Below are positions 9,001 through 18,934 of a DNA stretch of 43,034 bases, piece by piece. Each line of letters begins with the position of its first letter. The stretch's first letter is position 1. Below the pieces are notes generated by a model. That model ran no database searches, was not told the DNA's origin, and saw only the letters and a list, made by a program, of their open reading frames with translations. Source of the stretch: Eubacteriales bacterium (GTDB lineage Bacteria > Bacillota > Clostridia > Oscillospirales > CAG-272); contig JAZLCX010000033.1 in NCBI GenBank assembly GCA_045614425.1, positions 1-43,034 on the forward strand. Direction: 5' to 3'. The position numbers and the translations under genes were made by a program.

Positions 9001-11481
9001 ATGAAAAAATATTATGTCAGCGGTATGAGCTGCGCCGCTTGCTCGGCAAGAGTGGAAAAAGCAGTTTCGGGTGTTGAGGGTGTCAGGTATTGCGCGGTGA
9101 ATCTGCTCTCTGCCACTATGAGCGTCGAGGGCGGAGACGAGGAGAAAATCATCTCTGCCGTAAAAGCGGCGGGTTACGGAGCAGCACTTATAAAAGGCGG
9201 TGCATCATCGCCGACTTATGATGCGGAAGAAGAGTCGAAAAGGGCACGGCGAAAACTTATACAAAGACTCATATTCTCGGTTATAACGCTCCTTCCGCTT
9301 TCCTATATTTCGATGGGATATTTGATGTGGGACTTTCCGTTGCCGAAATTTTTATCCTCAAATCCTACAGCAATAGCATTTACCGAGCTTATTTTATCGC
9401 TTGTATGTATAGTTATTAATTTTCGTTTTTTCACAAGCGGAGTGAAAAGTGCGATTCACGGAAGCGCAAATATGGATACACTCGTATCACTCGGGGCAGG
9501 CGTGTCGTTTATTTGGAGCGTTTACCTGACGTTTAGAATGCTGGTTGAAGAGGGACACGCTGAGCATTATTTACACAGCCTTTACTTTGAGGCTGCGGCA
9601 ATGATACTTACGCTGATAACCCTCGGTAAGCTCCTTGAGGCGTACGCAAAGGAAAAAACCACAACCAAAATCAAAGCGCTTGTGGAGCTGACGCCTAAGG
9701 TTGCAACTGTTATCCGCGATGGCCGTGAGATTTTAATTCCCACCGCCGAGGTAGAGAGGGGTGACGTATTTTTGGTCCGCCCGGGCGAGAGCGTTGCGGT
9801 TGACGGAATTGTTATCGAAGGCGAGAGTGCAATAGATGAATCAGCACTTACAGGTGAGAGCATTCCGGCTGAAAAGTCACACGGGTCCGGGGTGTACGCC
9901 GCCACCGTCAATACCTCGGGATTCCTTAAGTGTGAGGCCACGAGGGTTGGCGAGGACACGGCGATGGCAAGGGTCGTGCAGCTCGTTTCGGATGCCGCGG
10001 CAAGCAAAGCACCGATATCAAAGCTCGCTGACCGTGTTGCAGCTTTTTTCGTTCCAACAGTCTTAATTATTGCCGCGATAACGGCTATAATATGGTTTTT
10101 TGTAAACAATAGTTTAAGTTTTGCGCTCCGCCGAGCGGTTTCGGTGCTTGTTATAAGCTGTCCTTGTGCAATGGGACTTGCAACTCCGGTCGCGATAATG
10201 GTTGCCTCCGGCATAGGTGCTTCGGGCGGAGTGCTCTTCAAGAGTGCTTCTGCTCTTGAGGCGCTTGGAAAAATGAAGAACGTAGCCCTCGATAAGACCG
10301 GAACGGTCACCACGGGCGTGGCTGAAGTAGTCGAGGTTATTCCCCTTTCTTTTGCCTTGAATGAGCTGCTTCAGGTAGCGGCGGCACTAGAGGAGGGAAG
10401 CGAGCACCCCTTGGGAAAGGCGATAATGCGCTATATAGAAGAAAAGAAAATAAATATTCCCAACTACTCCTCGTTTTCTTCGATAGCGGGCGGCGGTGTT
10501 TCTGCCGTAATCGACGGAGAATCTGCTTATGGCGGAAGCCTTAGATTTATTAAGGAAAGAATAGAGATATCCGCCGCGGCAGAAGAGCATTACGAAAGAA
10601 TATCCGACCTTGGCAGAACTCCTGTATTTTTTGCAAAGGGTGGCGAGCTTATCGGAATAATAGCGGTAAGAGATGCTGTCAGAGAGGACAGTAAGGCTGC
10701 TGTTTCGGATTTGAGACGGCTCGGCATAAATACCGTTATAATTACCGGTGACAACGCGCGCACCGCAAGGGCTGTCGCCGACGAGGTCGGCGTTTCCGAG
10801 GTGATATCCGAGGTAATGCCGGACGGCAAGGAAAAAGAAATAAGACGGCTTTCTTCGCTCGGCGGAGTCGCGATGGTGGGCGACGGAATAAACGATGCCC
10901 CCGCAATTGTTGCTGCGGACGTTGGAATTGCAATCGGCAGAGGAACCGAAATTGCAATAGACTCGGCTGACGTAGTTCTCGTGCGCTCCTCGCTTTCCGA
11001 CGTCGTGTCGGCAATAAAACTAAGCCGAGCGACGCTTAAGATAATTCGCGAGAATCTTTTCTTTGCTTTTGTTTATAATGTCATCGGAATTCCGCTTGCG
11101 GCAGGAGTGTTTGTAAGCGCCTTCGGACTTGACCTTGACCCTATGTTCGGTGCGCTTGCAATGAGTCTGTCAAGCTTCTCCGTAGTTATGAATGCGCTTA
11201 GGCTGAATTTGAAGAAAATCTTTACAAAATGTGATAAAACAAACAATTATACCGTAAAGGAAGGTGCAAAAATGGTAAAAACTTTGAAAGTTGAGGGAAT
11301 GATGTGTCCGCACTGCGAGGCGAGAGTCAAGGAGATTCTCCTCGGAATTGACGGAGTAGTTTCTGCCGATGTAAGCCACAAGGAGGGACGTGCCGTGGTG
11401 ACGTCGGAATCCGAAATAGATACCGAGGTATTGATTTCTGCCGTGACAGGCGCGGGCTACAAGGCGGCACTGTCGGAGTGA
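9001..11481 (+). CDS. copA: Copper-translocating P1B-type ATPase with N- and C-terminal HMA domains
   Basis: GMSCAAC, LTGES, CPC, DKTGT, SEHP, MVGDGIND, YN and MSLSS motifs; C-terminal GMMCPHC domain. Confidence 0.95.
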   Translation: MKKYYVSGMSCAACSARVEKAVSGVEGVRYCAVNLLSATMSVEGGDEEKIISAVKAAGYGAALIKGGASSPTYDAEEESKRARRKLIQRLIFSVITLLPLSYISMGYLMWDFPLPKFLSSNPTAIAFTELILSLVCIVINFRFFTSGVKSAIHGSANMDTLVSLGAGVSFIWSVYLTFRMLVEEGHAEHYLHSLYFEAAAMILTLITLGKLLEAYAKEKTTTKIKALVELTPKVATVIRDGREILIPTAEVERGDVFLVRPGESVAVDGIVIEGESAIDESALTGESIPAEKSHGSGVYAATVNTSGFLKCEATRVGEDTAMARVVQLVSDAAASKAPISKLADRVAAFFVPTVLIIAAITAIIWFFVNNSLSFALRRAVSVLVISCPCAMGLATPVAIMVASGIGASGGVLFKSASALEALGKMKNVALDKTGTVTTGVAEVVEVIPLSFALNELLQVAAALEEGSEHPLGKAIMRYIEEKKINIPNYSSFSSIAGGGVSAVIDGESAYGGSLRFIKERIEISAAAEEHYERISDLGRTPVFFAKGGELIGIIAVRDAVREDSKAAVSDLRRLGINTVIITGDNARTARAVADEVGVSEVISEVMPDGKEKEIRRLSSLGGVAMVGDGINDAPAIVAADVGIAIGRGTEIAIDSADVVLVRSSLSDVVSAIKLSRATLKIIRENLFFAFVYNVIGIPLAAGVFVSAFGLDLDPMFGALAMSLSSFSVVMNALRLNLKKIFTKCDKTNNYTVKEGAKMVKTLKVEGMMCPHCEARVKEILLGIDGVVSADVSHKEGRAVVTSESEIDTEVLISAVTGAGYKAALSE

Positions 11482-11500
11482 ATTTTCATTAAAGGACTTT

Positions 11501-11531
11501 AGGGACGGGTTTCTCCGTCCCTTTTCTTTTT
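11501..11531 (+). terminator. Intrinsic terminator after copA
   Basis: AGGGACGG/CCGTCCCT stem followed by T-rich tract. Confidence 0.75.
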
Positions 11532-11583
11532 ACCTTACTATATATTGTTTAGTAAAAAGTACAATCTTTTTATTTATATATCA

Positions 11584-11632
11584 TTGACAAAAGGAAGAGT
11601 ACAGTATATAATAAAATCACAATTGTATACAA
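11584..11632 (+). promoter_or_regulatory. Promoter of citrate operon with GntR/FadR-type operator
   Basis: TTGACA 11584-11589, 17 nt, TATAAT 11607-11612; perfect palindrome TTGTATACAA at 11623-11632 just downstream of the predicted start. Confidence 0.75.
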
Positions 11633-11662
11633 GAATACATTTAGGAAAAGGAGTATTGAAAA

Positions 11663-13048
11663 ATGATTTTCAGAAACCCCCATTCCAACCTTATAGAGCA
11701 GTCTCAGTATAAGTATTCGCTTCAGGACGTAGACGAGCCTAATCTCTACCGCGATATTTATCCCTACGACGAGATACCTAAGGTTGCATTCAACCACCGC
11801 CACGTGCCTATCGATATGCCGAAGAATATTTGGATAACCGATACGTCCTTCCGCGACGGACAGCAGTCCCGCTCGCCCTACACCGTAAATCAGATAGTTG
11901 ACCTTTTTAAAATGCTTCACCGCCTCGGCGGACCGAAGGGAATAGTTCGTCAGTCTGAGTTTTTCGTATATACGAAGAAGGATAAGGAAGCACTTTTGAA
12001 ATGTATGGACCTCGGATACGAGTTCCCCGAAATCACAACCTGGATAAGAGCAAAGAAGGAAGACTTCAATCTCGTCAGCGACCTTGGAATAAAGGAAACG
12101 GGAATTTTGGTCTCCTGCTCGGATTACCACATATTCAAAAAGCTCGGTCTTTCAAGAAAGCAGGCACTTGACCACTACCTCGGAGTAGTTAAGAACGCCT
12201 TCAGCGCAGGCATCCGCCCCCGCTGTCACCTTGAGGACATAACCCGCGCCGATTTCTACGGCTTTGTCGTTCCCTTTGTAAACGAGCTTAACGAGCTTTC
12301 AAACGAAGCACGCATCCCCGTAAAAATCCGTATGTGCGACACTATGGGATATGGCGTATCCTATCCCGGCGTTGCTTTGCCGAGAAGCGTTCCCGGTATC
12401 GTTTACGGACTTCACCACTACGCAAACGTTCCCTCGGATATGCTTGAGTGGCACGGTCACAACGACTTCTACAAGGGCGTAAACAATGCCGTGTCGGCTT
12501 GGCTCTACGGCGCATCGGGCGTAAACTGCTCCTTGCTCGGTATAGGCGAGAGAACGGGTAACGTGCCGCTTGAGGCAATGGTTATGGAGTACGCCTCCAT
12601 CACGGGAAGCTTTGACGGTATGGATCCCACGGTTATAACCGAAATCGCTGAGTACTTCAAGCGTGAGCTTGGGTATGCAATACCCCCGATGACTCCCTTC
12701 GTCGGCGATAATTTTAACGTAACCCGTGCAGGCGTTCATGCCGACGGACTGATGAAGGATCAGGAAATATACAATATATTCAATACTGAAAAGATACTTA
12801 ACCGTCCCGCCGAGGTTGCTATATCCAATACGTCAGGACTTGCGGGTGTCGCATATTGGATAAACAAGCACTACTCACTTTCGGGTGATGCAATGTTTAC
12901 CAAGAAGGATGCGCTTGTAATTAAGGTTAAGGAAGCAATAGACCTCGAGTATGCCGACGGAAGAACTACGCTTATGAGTGACGACGAGCTTATTGCCATA
13001 ATAAGCGCAGTGGCTAAAGAAACCGGCGACACGGGGAGGCTCTTATGA
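11663..13048 (+). CDS. Re-citrate synthase (DRE-TIM, LeuA/homocitrate synthase-related)
   Basis: ITDTSFRDGQQ, HLEDITRAD, EWHGHND, GIGERTGN; no LeuA regulatory domain; co-located with aconitase and IDH as expected for clostridial Re-citrate synthase. Confidence 0.85.
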   Translation: MIFRNPHSNLIEQSQYKYSLQDVDEPNLYRDIYPYDEIPKVAFNHRHVPIDMPKNIWITDTSFRDGQQSRSPYTVNQIVDLFKMLHRLGGPKGIVRQSEFFVYTKKDKEALLKCMDLGYEFPEITTWIRAKKEDFNLVSDLGIKETGILVSCSDYHIFKKLGLSRKQALDHYLGVVKNAFSAGIRPRCHLEDITRADFYGFVVPFVNELNELSNEARIPVKIRMCDTMGYGVSYPGVALPRSVPGIVYGLHHYANVPSDMLEWHGHNDFYKGVNNAVSAWLYGASGVNCSLLGIGERTGNVPLEAMVMEYASITGSFDGMDPTVITEIAEYFKRELGYAIPPMTPFVGDNFNVTRAGVHADGLMKDQEIYNIFNTEKILNRPAEVAISNTSGLAGVAYWINKHYSLSGDAMFTKKDALVIKVKEAIDLEYADGRTTLMSDDELIAIISAVAKETGDTGRLL

Positions 13049-13695
13049 TAGTTGACACAAAATCAACTTCCCTTGAGGAAATGGTGTATGCGCAGCTTGA
13101 GGAGGAGATTCTTTCCGGCGAGCTTGCACGCGGAACCGCTCTTGGCGAAATCGCAATTTCGAATAGGCTCGGCGTCAGCAGAACCCCTGTAAGAGGCGCG
13201 CTTCACAAGCTCTCCGAGGAGGGTCTTGCGGAGATAGTACCCAATAAGGGTGCGACGGTAATCGGCATTAATGCCGAGGACCTTATCGATATATATAAGA
13301 TAAGGGAAAGGCTTGAGGGACTCGCTTCGGCACTTGCGGCAAAGCGCATAACCGAGGGGGAGCTTGCAAAGCTTACCGAAACTGTTGAGCTTGCTGAGTT
13401 TTATATCACGAAGAACGATACCGAGCACATGAAGGAGCTTGATACCGAGTTCCACAGCATAATATATAAGGCATCGGGCTCGCGCTTTTTGTGGAGAACT
13501 CTTTCCGAGCTTCACAGAAAGATAAAGTCATACAGAAAAAGATCTCTTTCCGTACCCGGAAGACTCGAAAAGACGGTGGGAGAGCATAGAGAAATACTCG
13601 AAGCGATAAGGGGCGGCGACGCCGACAAGGCGGATCTTTTAACCTCACTTCACGTAAGACGGGCACTTGAAAATACGCTCGTTGCAATAGAATGA
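13045..13695 (+). CDS. GntR family (FadR/FCD) transcriptional regulator
   Basis: wHTH LGVSRTPVR; FCD domain DTEFH...EHREILEAI...H. Confidence 0.93.
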   Translation: MIVDTKSTSLEEMVYAQLEEEILSGELARGTALGEIAISNRLGVSRTPVRGALHKLSEEGLAEIVPNKGATVIGINAEDLIDIYKIRERLEGLASALAAKRITEGELAKLTETVELAEFYITKNDTEHMKELDTEFHSIIYKASGSRFLWRTLSELHRKIKSYRKRSLSVPGRLEKTVGEHREILEAIRGGDADKADLLTSLHVRRALENTLVAIE

Positions 13696-13711
13696 AAACG
13701 GAGAAAATAAA

Positions 13712-15646
13712 ATGGGTTACACAATAGCACAAAAAATAATAAAAAATCACCTCGTCAGCGGTGAAATGAAGGTTGGAAGCGAAATCGGACTTCGCATTGA
13801 CCAGACCTTGACGCAGGATGCGACGGGTACTATGGCGTATCTTCAGCTTGAGGCCATGGGTTGCGAGAGAGTTAAAACCGAGCTTTCGGTAGCATACATA
13901 GACCACAACACTCTTCAGGCCGGATTTGAAAATGCCGATGACCACAGATACATTCAGACGGTTGCAAAGAAGCACGGAATACGCTTCTCCCGTCCCGGTA
14001 ACGGAATCTGTCACCAGGTTCACCTCGAGCGCTTCGGAATTCCCGGCAAAACTCTTATCGGCTCGGACAGCCACACCCCCACTGCAGGCGGTATAGGCAT
14101 GCTCGGCATGGGTGCCGGCGGACTTGACGTAGCTGTTGCTATGGGCGGCGGCACGTACTATATCACAATGCCTAAAATAATTCATATAAACCTTGTCGGA
14201 CGTCTTCCCGACTACGTAGGTGCAAAGGACGTAATTCTTGAGGTTCTCCGTCTTCTCGGAGTAAAGGGCGGCGTCGGTGCGATAGTAGAGTACGGCGGCG
14301 AGGGAATAAAATCTCTTTCAGTACCTCAGCGTGCAACCATTACCAACATGGGTGCCGAGCTTGGTGCTACAAGCTCAATATTCCCCTCGGATGAGGTAAC
14401 CCGTGCGTTCTTAAAGGCAGAGGGCAGAGAAGAGGTATACACCCCCCTTCTTCCCGATGAGGATGCAAAATACGATGCCGAATACACTATTGACCTCTCG
14501 GCACTCGCACCCCTTGCAGCTTGCCCCCACAGCCCCGATAACGTGAAGCCCGTGTCAAGTCTTTCGGGCATGAAGATCAACCAGGTTTGCATAGGCTCGT
14601 GCACAAACTCCTCTATGCTTGATATGCTTACGGTAGCGGCAATGCTCAAGGGCAAAACCGTTCACCCCGACGTAAGCCTTTCAATCTCTCCCGGCTCGAA
14701 GCAGGTTTATACAATGCTTGCAGAGTGCGGCGCTCTTGCCGACCTCATAGCAGCAGGCGCGAGAATTCTCGAGTGCGCATGCGGTCCCTGTATCGGTATG
14801 GGCTTCTCCCCGAAATCTGCCGGTGTGAGCCTTCGTACCTTTAACCGTAACTTCCTTGCCAGAAGCGGCACTGCAGACGCAGAGGTGTACCTCGTGTCAC
14901 CGGAAACGGCTGCCGCATCGGCAATAGCAGGTGTTTTCACCGACCCGACCGAGCTTGGAAAAGCACCCGAAATCACGATTCCCGAAGTATTCACTATAAA
15001 CGACAATCTCATCGAGATGCCCGCATCACCCGAGGAGGCTGGAAAAATCGAGGTCGAGCGCGGACCTAACATTAAGCCCATTCCTCAGGGCAAAGCTCCC
15101 GCAGAGGACCTCTCGGCAAAGCTTATACTTAAGGTTGGCGATAACATCACGACCGACCATATAATGCCTGCCGGAACTAAGGTTTTGCCTTACCGTTCAA
15201 ACGTACCGAAGCTCTCGGAGTTCTGCTTTACCGTATGCGACAAGGATTTCCCCGAGCGCGCAAAGTCACTCGGCGGCGGAATTATCCTCGGCGGACAGAA
15301 CTACGGTCAGGGCTCGTCGCGTGAGCACGCGGCACTTGTTCCGCTTTATCTCGGAATCAAGGCTGTTATTGCAAAGAGCTTTGCGAGAATTCATATCGCA
15401 AACCTTATAAACTTCGGTATTGTTCCGATGACTCTTAAAAATGAAGCTGATTACGACTTACTCTCCGAGGGGGACGATCTTCGTATCGAGGGCTTCCGCG
15501 CGGCAATTGCAGGCGAGGATAAGGCATACCTTGTAAACGAGAAAAACGGTGCACGGGTAGAGCTTAATCTTAACTTTACGGCGCGTCAGCGCGAAATTCT
15601 GCTTGCAGGCGGAACACTTAATTACACAAAACAAAATAACAAGTAA
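13712..15646 (+). CDS. Aconitate hydratase
   Basis: QDATG, DHN, GICHQ, DSHT, IGSCTN, CGPCIG, RTFNRNF, ITTDHI, YGQGSSRE. Confidence 0.93.
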   Translation: MGYTIAQKIIKNHLVSGEMKVGSEIGLRIDQTLTQDATGTMAYLQLEAMGCERVKTELSVAYIDHNTLQAGFENADDHRYIQTVAKKHGIRFSRPGNGICHQVHLERFGIPGKTLIGSDSHTPTAGGIGMLGMGAGGLDVAVAMGGGTYYITMPKIIHINLVGRLPDYVGAKDVILEVLRLLGVKGGVGAIVEYGGEGIKSLSVPQRATITNMGAELGATSSIFPSDEVTRAFLKAEGREEVYTPLLPDEDAKYDAEYTIDLSALAPLAACPHSPDNVKPVSSLSGMKINQVCIGSCTNSSMLDMLTVAAMLKGKTVHPDVSLSISPGSKQVYTMLAECGALADLIAAGARILECACGPCIGMGFSPKSAGVSLRTFNRNFLARSGTADAEVYLVSPETAAASAIAGVFTDPTELGKAPEITIPEVFTINDNLIEMPASPEEAGKIEVERGPNIKPIPQGKAPAEDLSAKLILKVGDNITTDHIMPAGTKVLPYRSNVPKLSEFCFTVCDKDFPERAKSLGGGIILGGQNYGQGSSREHAALVPLYLGIKAVIAKSFARIHIANLINFGIVPMTLKNEADYDLLSEGDDLRIEGFRAAIAGEDKAYLVNEKNGARVELNLNFTARQREILLAGGTLNYTKQNNK

Positions 15647-15659
15647 TGAGGGAAATAAA

Positions 15660-16829
15660 ATGAGTTGTTACGAAAAAAATCTTGACGCGGCATGCGCAAA
15701 ATTCAGAAAAATTCTTGAGGACCAGCTTGTCCGTGTCGAAAACATGAAATCTCAGGGCGACTTTACCGATTACTCCGCAATCGAAACCATTAAGATAGGT
15801 GTCTGCGGCGGCGACGGTATCGGCCCCACTATCACAAAGGAAGCAAGACGGGTTCTCGAATTTATACTTTCCGACCTCGTTGAAAGCGGTAAGGTTTCAT
15901 TCACAACGATTGACGGTCTTACCATCGAAAACAGAATAGCACACGGCAAAGCTATCCCCGACGACGTAATGGCACAGCTTAAGGCGTGTGACATTATTCT
16001 TAAGGGCCCGACAACGACTCCTCAGAAGGGCGACGGTATGCCGAACATCGAGTCCGCAAACGTTGCAATGCGTAAGGCTCTTGACCTCTTTGCAAATATC
16101 CGTCCCGTAAAGGTTCCCGAGGAGGGCATTAACTGGACTATTTTCCGTGAGAACACCGAGGGCGGCTATGCCGTAGGCTCGTCGGGATTTAACGTTACCG
16201 AGGACCTCGCTGTTGACTTTACCATAACCACAAAGCAGGGCTCGGACAGAATTGCAAGACTTGCTTACGACTATGCGAGAAAGAACGGCCTTGACAGAGT
16301 ATCTCTCGTAACCAAGGCTAACGTAATAAAGACGACCGACGGTAACTTCCTTGAGGATTGCCACAAGGTTGCCGATCTTTATCCCGAAATTACGACTGAC
16401 GAGTGGTATGCCGATATCATGACGGCAAAGCTCGTTGACAAAAAGCGCCGCCGCGACTTCAAGGTGCTCCTTCTTCCCAACCTCTACGGTGACATAATCT
16501 CCGACGAGGCGGCTGAGTTCCAGGGCGGTGTAGGTACAGCCGGATGTGCAAACATCGGTAAAAAATACGCTATGTTCGAGGCAATTCACGGCTCCGCACC
16601 GAGAATGGTAAGAGAAGGCAGAGCAATATACGCTGACCCCTGCTCTATGCTCCGCGCCGCAGTAATGCTGCTTTCGCACATAGGCTATCAGGACAGAGCC
16701 GACAAGCTTGAAAGAGCGCTTGATATCTGCTCCTTTGAGGAAAAGAAGCTCACGATAACCGGCCGTCCCGGAGGTGCTACCTGCGAGGAGTTCGGCGATT
16801 ACGTAATGGAAACCTTGAAGAACCTTTAA
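15660..16829 (+). CDS. Isocitrate dehydrogenase (isocitrate/isopropylmalate dehydrogenase family)
   Basis: GDGIGP, LKGPTTTP, SANVAMR, FRENTEG, NLYGDIISD, FEAIHGSAP; operon context after aconitase. Confidence 0.85.
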   Translation: MSCYEKNLDAACAKFRKILEDQLVRVENMKSQGDFTDYSAIETIKIGVCGGDGIGPTITKEARRVLEFILSDLVESGKVSFTTIDGLTIENRIAHGKAIPDDVMAQLKACDIILKGPTTTPQKGDGMPNIESANVAMRKALDLFANIRPVKVPEEGINWTIFRENTEGGYAVGSSGFNVTEDLAVDFTITTKQGSDRIARLAYDYARKNGLDRVSLVTKANVIKTTDGNFLEDCHKVADLYPEITTDEWYADIMTAKLVDKKRRRDFKVLLLPNLYGDIISDEAAEFQGGVGTAGCANIGKKYAMFEAIHGSAPRMVREGRAIYADPCSMLRAAVMLLSHIGYQDRADKLERALDICSFEEKKLTITGRPGGATCEEFGDYVMETLKNL

Positions 16830-16838
16830 TTTTAACAG

Positions 16839-16872
16839 AAAAAGACGGAGATTGATGAAACTCCGTCTTTTT
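16839..16872 (+). terminator. Intrinsic terminator after citrate operon
   Basis: AAAAAGACGGAG/CTCCGTCTTTTT inverted repeat. Confidence 0.8.
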
Positions 16873-16968
16873 GCTTCCCAAAACGATTTCAATTATTAAT
16901 ATATTTTTTCTATATCTATTGACAAACCTATTTTATATGTGTTAAAATGAAATGTCCATAAGGATAAA

Positions 16969-17185
16969 GATAGAGGCGCACTGCACGAAGATTACCGTAC
17001 CTTGTTTGGCTGCCAAAGCCGTACGGGAAAGGCGTGGGTGCCGAAGTGAGTACCGTGGCGGGTGCTTGGCTGGCAGTTCGGAGAATATCCGCCCTGTTGT
17101 CGTGTAATGCGGAGTGCTATCAAAAATAAACTGTACGTGTGCGTATGCTTTTTTTGAGATGGCTTTTCGTGTGGCTGTCTCTTTT
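16969..17185 (+). promoter_or_regulatory. Lysine riboswitch (aptamer 16969-17121) with terminator (17156-17185)
   Basis: P1 GATAG/CTATC, conserved AGAGGCGC, GAAAGG, GCCGAA and GGAGTGCT; GAGATGGC/GCTGTCTC-TTTT hairpin; upstream of dapA-dapB-ddh-lysA. Confidence 0.9.
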
Positions 17186-17221
17186 GTTTTTGTAATAAAA
17201 TTTTTACGTGAGGTATATATT

Positions 17222-18106
17222 ATGAAAAAAACGGTATTTAAGGGCGCTGCTACTGCTATCGTAACGCCGCTTACCAAGGACGGAATCAACTACGAGGAGT
17301 TCGGCCGTCTTATCGAATGGCAGATTTCCGAGGGCATCGATGCGATAGTTGCAGTCGGAACTACGGGCGAGGGCTCGACCCTTACCGATGCCGAGCATAA
17401 GGAAGCTATAAAATTCTGCGTTGAAAAGGTTGCAGGCAGAGTTCCCGTTATAGCGGGAACAGGCTCAAACGATACCGCATACGCCATCGATCTTACAAAG
17501 TATGCATGTGAGGTCGGAGCTGACGCTATGCTCCTCGTTACCCCCTATTACAATAAAGCTACCCAGCGCGGTATGATAGAATCCTTTAAGGCGGTTGCCG
17601 ACATATCGACAAAGCCCTGTATTCTTTACAACGTTCCCGGACGTACCGGCTGCAATCTTTCTCCCGCAAGCGTTGCCGAGCTTGCCGAGCATCCCAATAT
17701 CGTAGGTATCAAGGAAGCATCGGGAAATATATCGCAGATTGCCGAAATCTGCCGCTTGGTAGAGGGCAAGATGGACGTTTACTCGGGCAACGACGACCAG
17801 ATAGTACCGGTTCTCTCGCTTGGCGGTGTCGGTGTTATTTCGGTTCTCTCGAACATAATGCCGAAGGCAACCTCAGACATGTGCAAGAAGTTTTTTGAGG
17901 GTGACGTTATAGGTTCAAGAAAGCTTCAGCTTGACCTTCTTCCTCTCGTTGACGCCCTCTTCTGTGAGGTTAACCCCATTCCCGTAAAGGCGGCGGTTGC
18001 AGCTATGGGATATTGCGAAAATTATCTCAGACTTCCTCTTACTCCCATGGAGAAGGCAAATGAGGAAAAGCTCCTTAAGCTCATGAAGGAACAGAACCTT
18101 ATTTAA
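17222..18106 (+). CDS. dapA: 4-hydroxy-tetrahydrodipicolinate synthase
   Basis: GTTGE, VTPYYNK, LYNVPGRT, GIKEASG, NPIPVK; start MKKTVF with GAGGT RBS. Confidence 0.96.
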   Translation: MKKTVFKGAATAIVTPLTKDGINYEEFGRLIEWQISEGIDAIVAVGTTGEGSTLTDAEHKEAIKFCVEKVAGRVPVIAGTGSNDTAYAIDLTKYACEVGADAMLLVTPYYNKATQRGMIESFKAVADISTKPCILYNVPGRTGCNLSPASVAELAEHPNIVGIKEASGNISQIAEICRLVEGKMDVYSGNDDQIVPVLSLGGVGVISVLSNIMPKATSDMCKKFFEGDVIGSRKLQLDLLPLVDALFCEVNPIPVKAAVAAMGYCENYLRLPLTPMEKANEEKLLKLMKEQNLI

Positions 18107-18127
18107 CACGGGGCAAGGGTGACTTAT

Positions 18128-18913
18128 ATGAATATACTTATTAACGGAATATGCGGTTTTATGGGCAAGGAGGTCGCAAAGCTCGCTGCGGCGGGATACA
18201 GAGGCGCATCGCTTGCCGTTGGAGTTGACCCATCCTCAAACGGTGACGAAGCACCGGTTTCTGTAAAAAGCTTTAAGGAAATAATCTCGATAAGCGACGT
18301 TGACTGTATTGTGGATTTTTCGCATCACAGCTGCGTGTCCGAGCTTCTTGACTTTGCGGTGAAGAATAATCTCCCAACGGTCGTTGCCACAACCGGTCAC
18401 ACCGCGGAGGAGATAGAGAAGATTCATGAGGCAGCGAGAAGAATTCCCGTATTTTTCTCGGCAAATATGTCGCTCGGCGTGGCTCTTCTTGTTGAGCTTG
18501 CAAAGACTGCGGCACTTGCAATGCCCGATGCAGAAATCGAAATTATTGAAAAGCATCACGACAGAAAAATAGACGCTCCGAGCGGCACGGCTCTTATGAT
18601 AGCAAACGCAATTACCGAGGTACGCCCCGAGGCATATGCAAATCCCGGCAGATCGGGACAGGGCAAGAGAACACCCGAGGAAATAGGAATCCATGCTATA
18701 AGAATGGGTAACATAGTGGGCGAGCACGAGGTAATAATCGGAACGCAGAATCAGACCATTACCCTGAAGCACGAGGCTCATAGCAGAGCTCTCTTTGCAG
18801 AGGGCGCACTTGCTGCGGCGGCTTTCCTCACGGGATGCGAAATCGGTCTTTATGATATGAAGAGTATTGTCGGCGGAAAGGCAAAGACAGATGCCGCAAT
18901 GTCGGTAAAGTAA
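18128..18913 (+). CDS. dapB: 4-hydroxy-tetrahydrodipicolinate reductase
   Basis: GICGFMG, VDFS, ATTG, SANMSLG, EKHHDRKIDAPSGTA. Confidence 0.95.
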   Translation: MNILINGICGFMGKEVAKLAAAGYRGASLAVGVDPSSNGDEAPVSVKSFKEIISISDVDCIVDFSHHSCVSELLDFAVKNNLPTVVATTGHTAEEIEKIHEAARRIPVFFSANMSLGVALLVELAKTAALAMPDAEIEIIEKHHDRKIDAPSGTALMIANAITEVRPEAYANPGRSGQGKRTPEEIGIHAIRMGNIVGEHEVIIGTQNQTITLKHEAHSRALFAEGALAAAAFLTGCEIGLYDMKSIVGGKAKTDAAMSVK

Positions 18914-18934
18914 AATCAAACTGGAGAAAAAATA

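Noticed and set aside
11663-13048. leuA (isopropylmalate synthase)
   Set aside because: No C-terminal regulatory domain, and neighbours are a single-chain aconitase and IDH, not leuCD.
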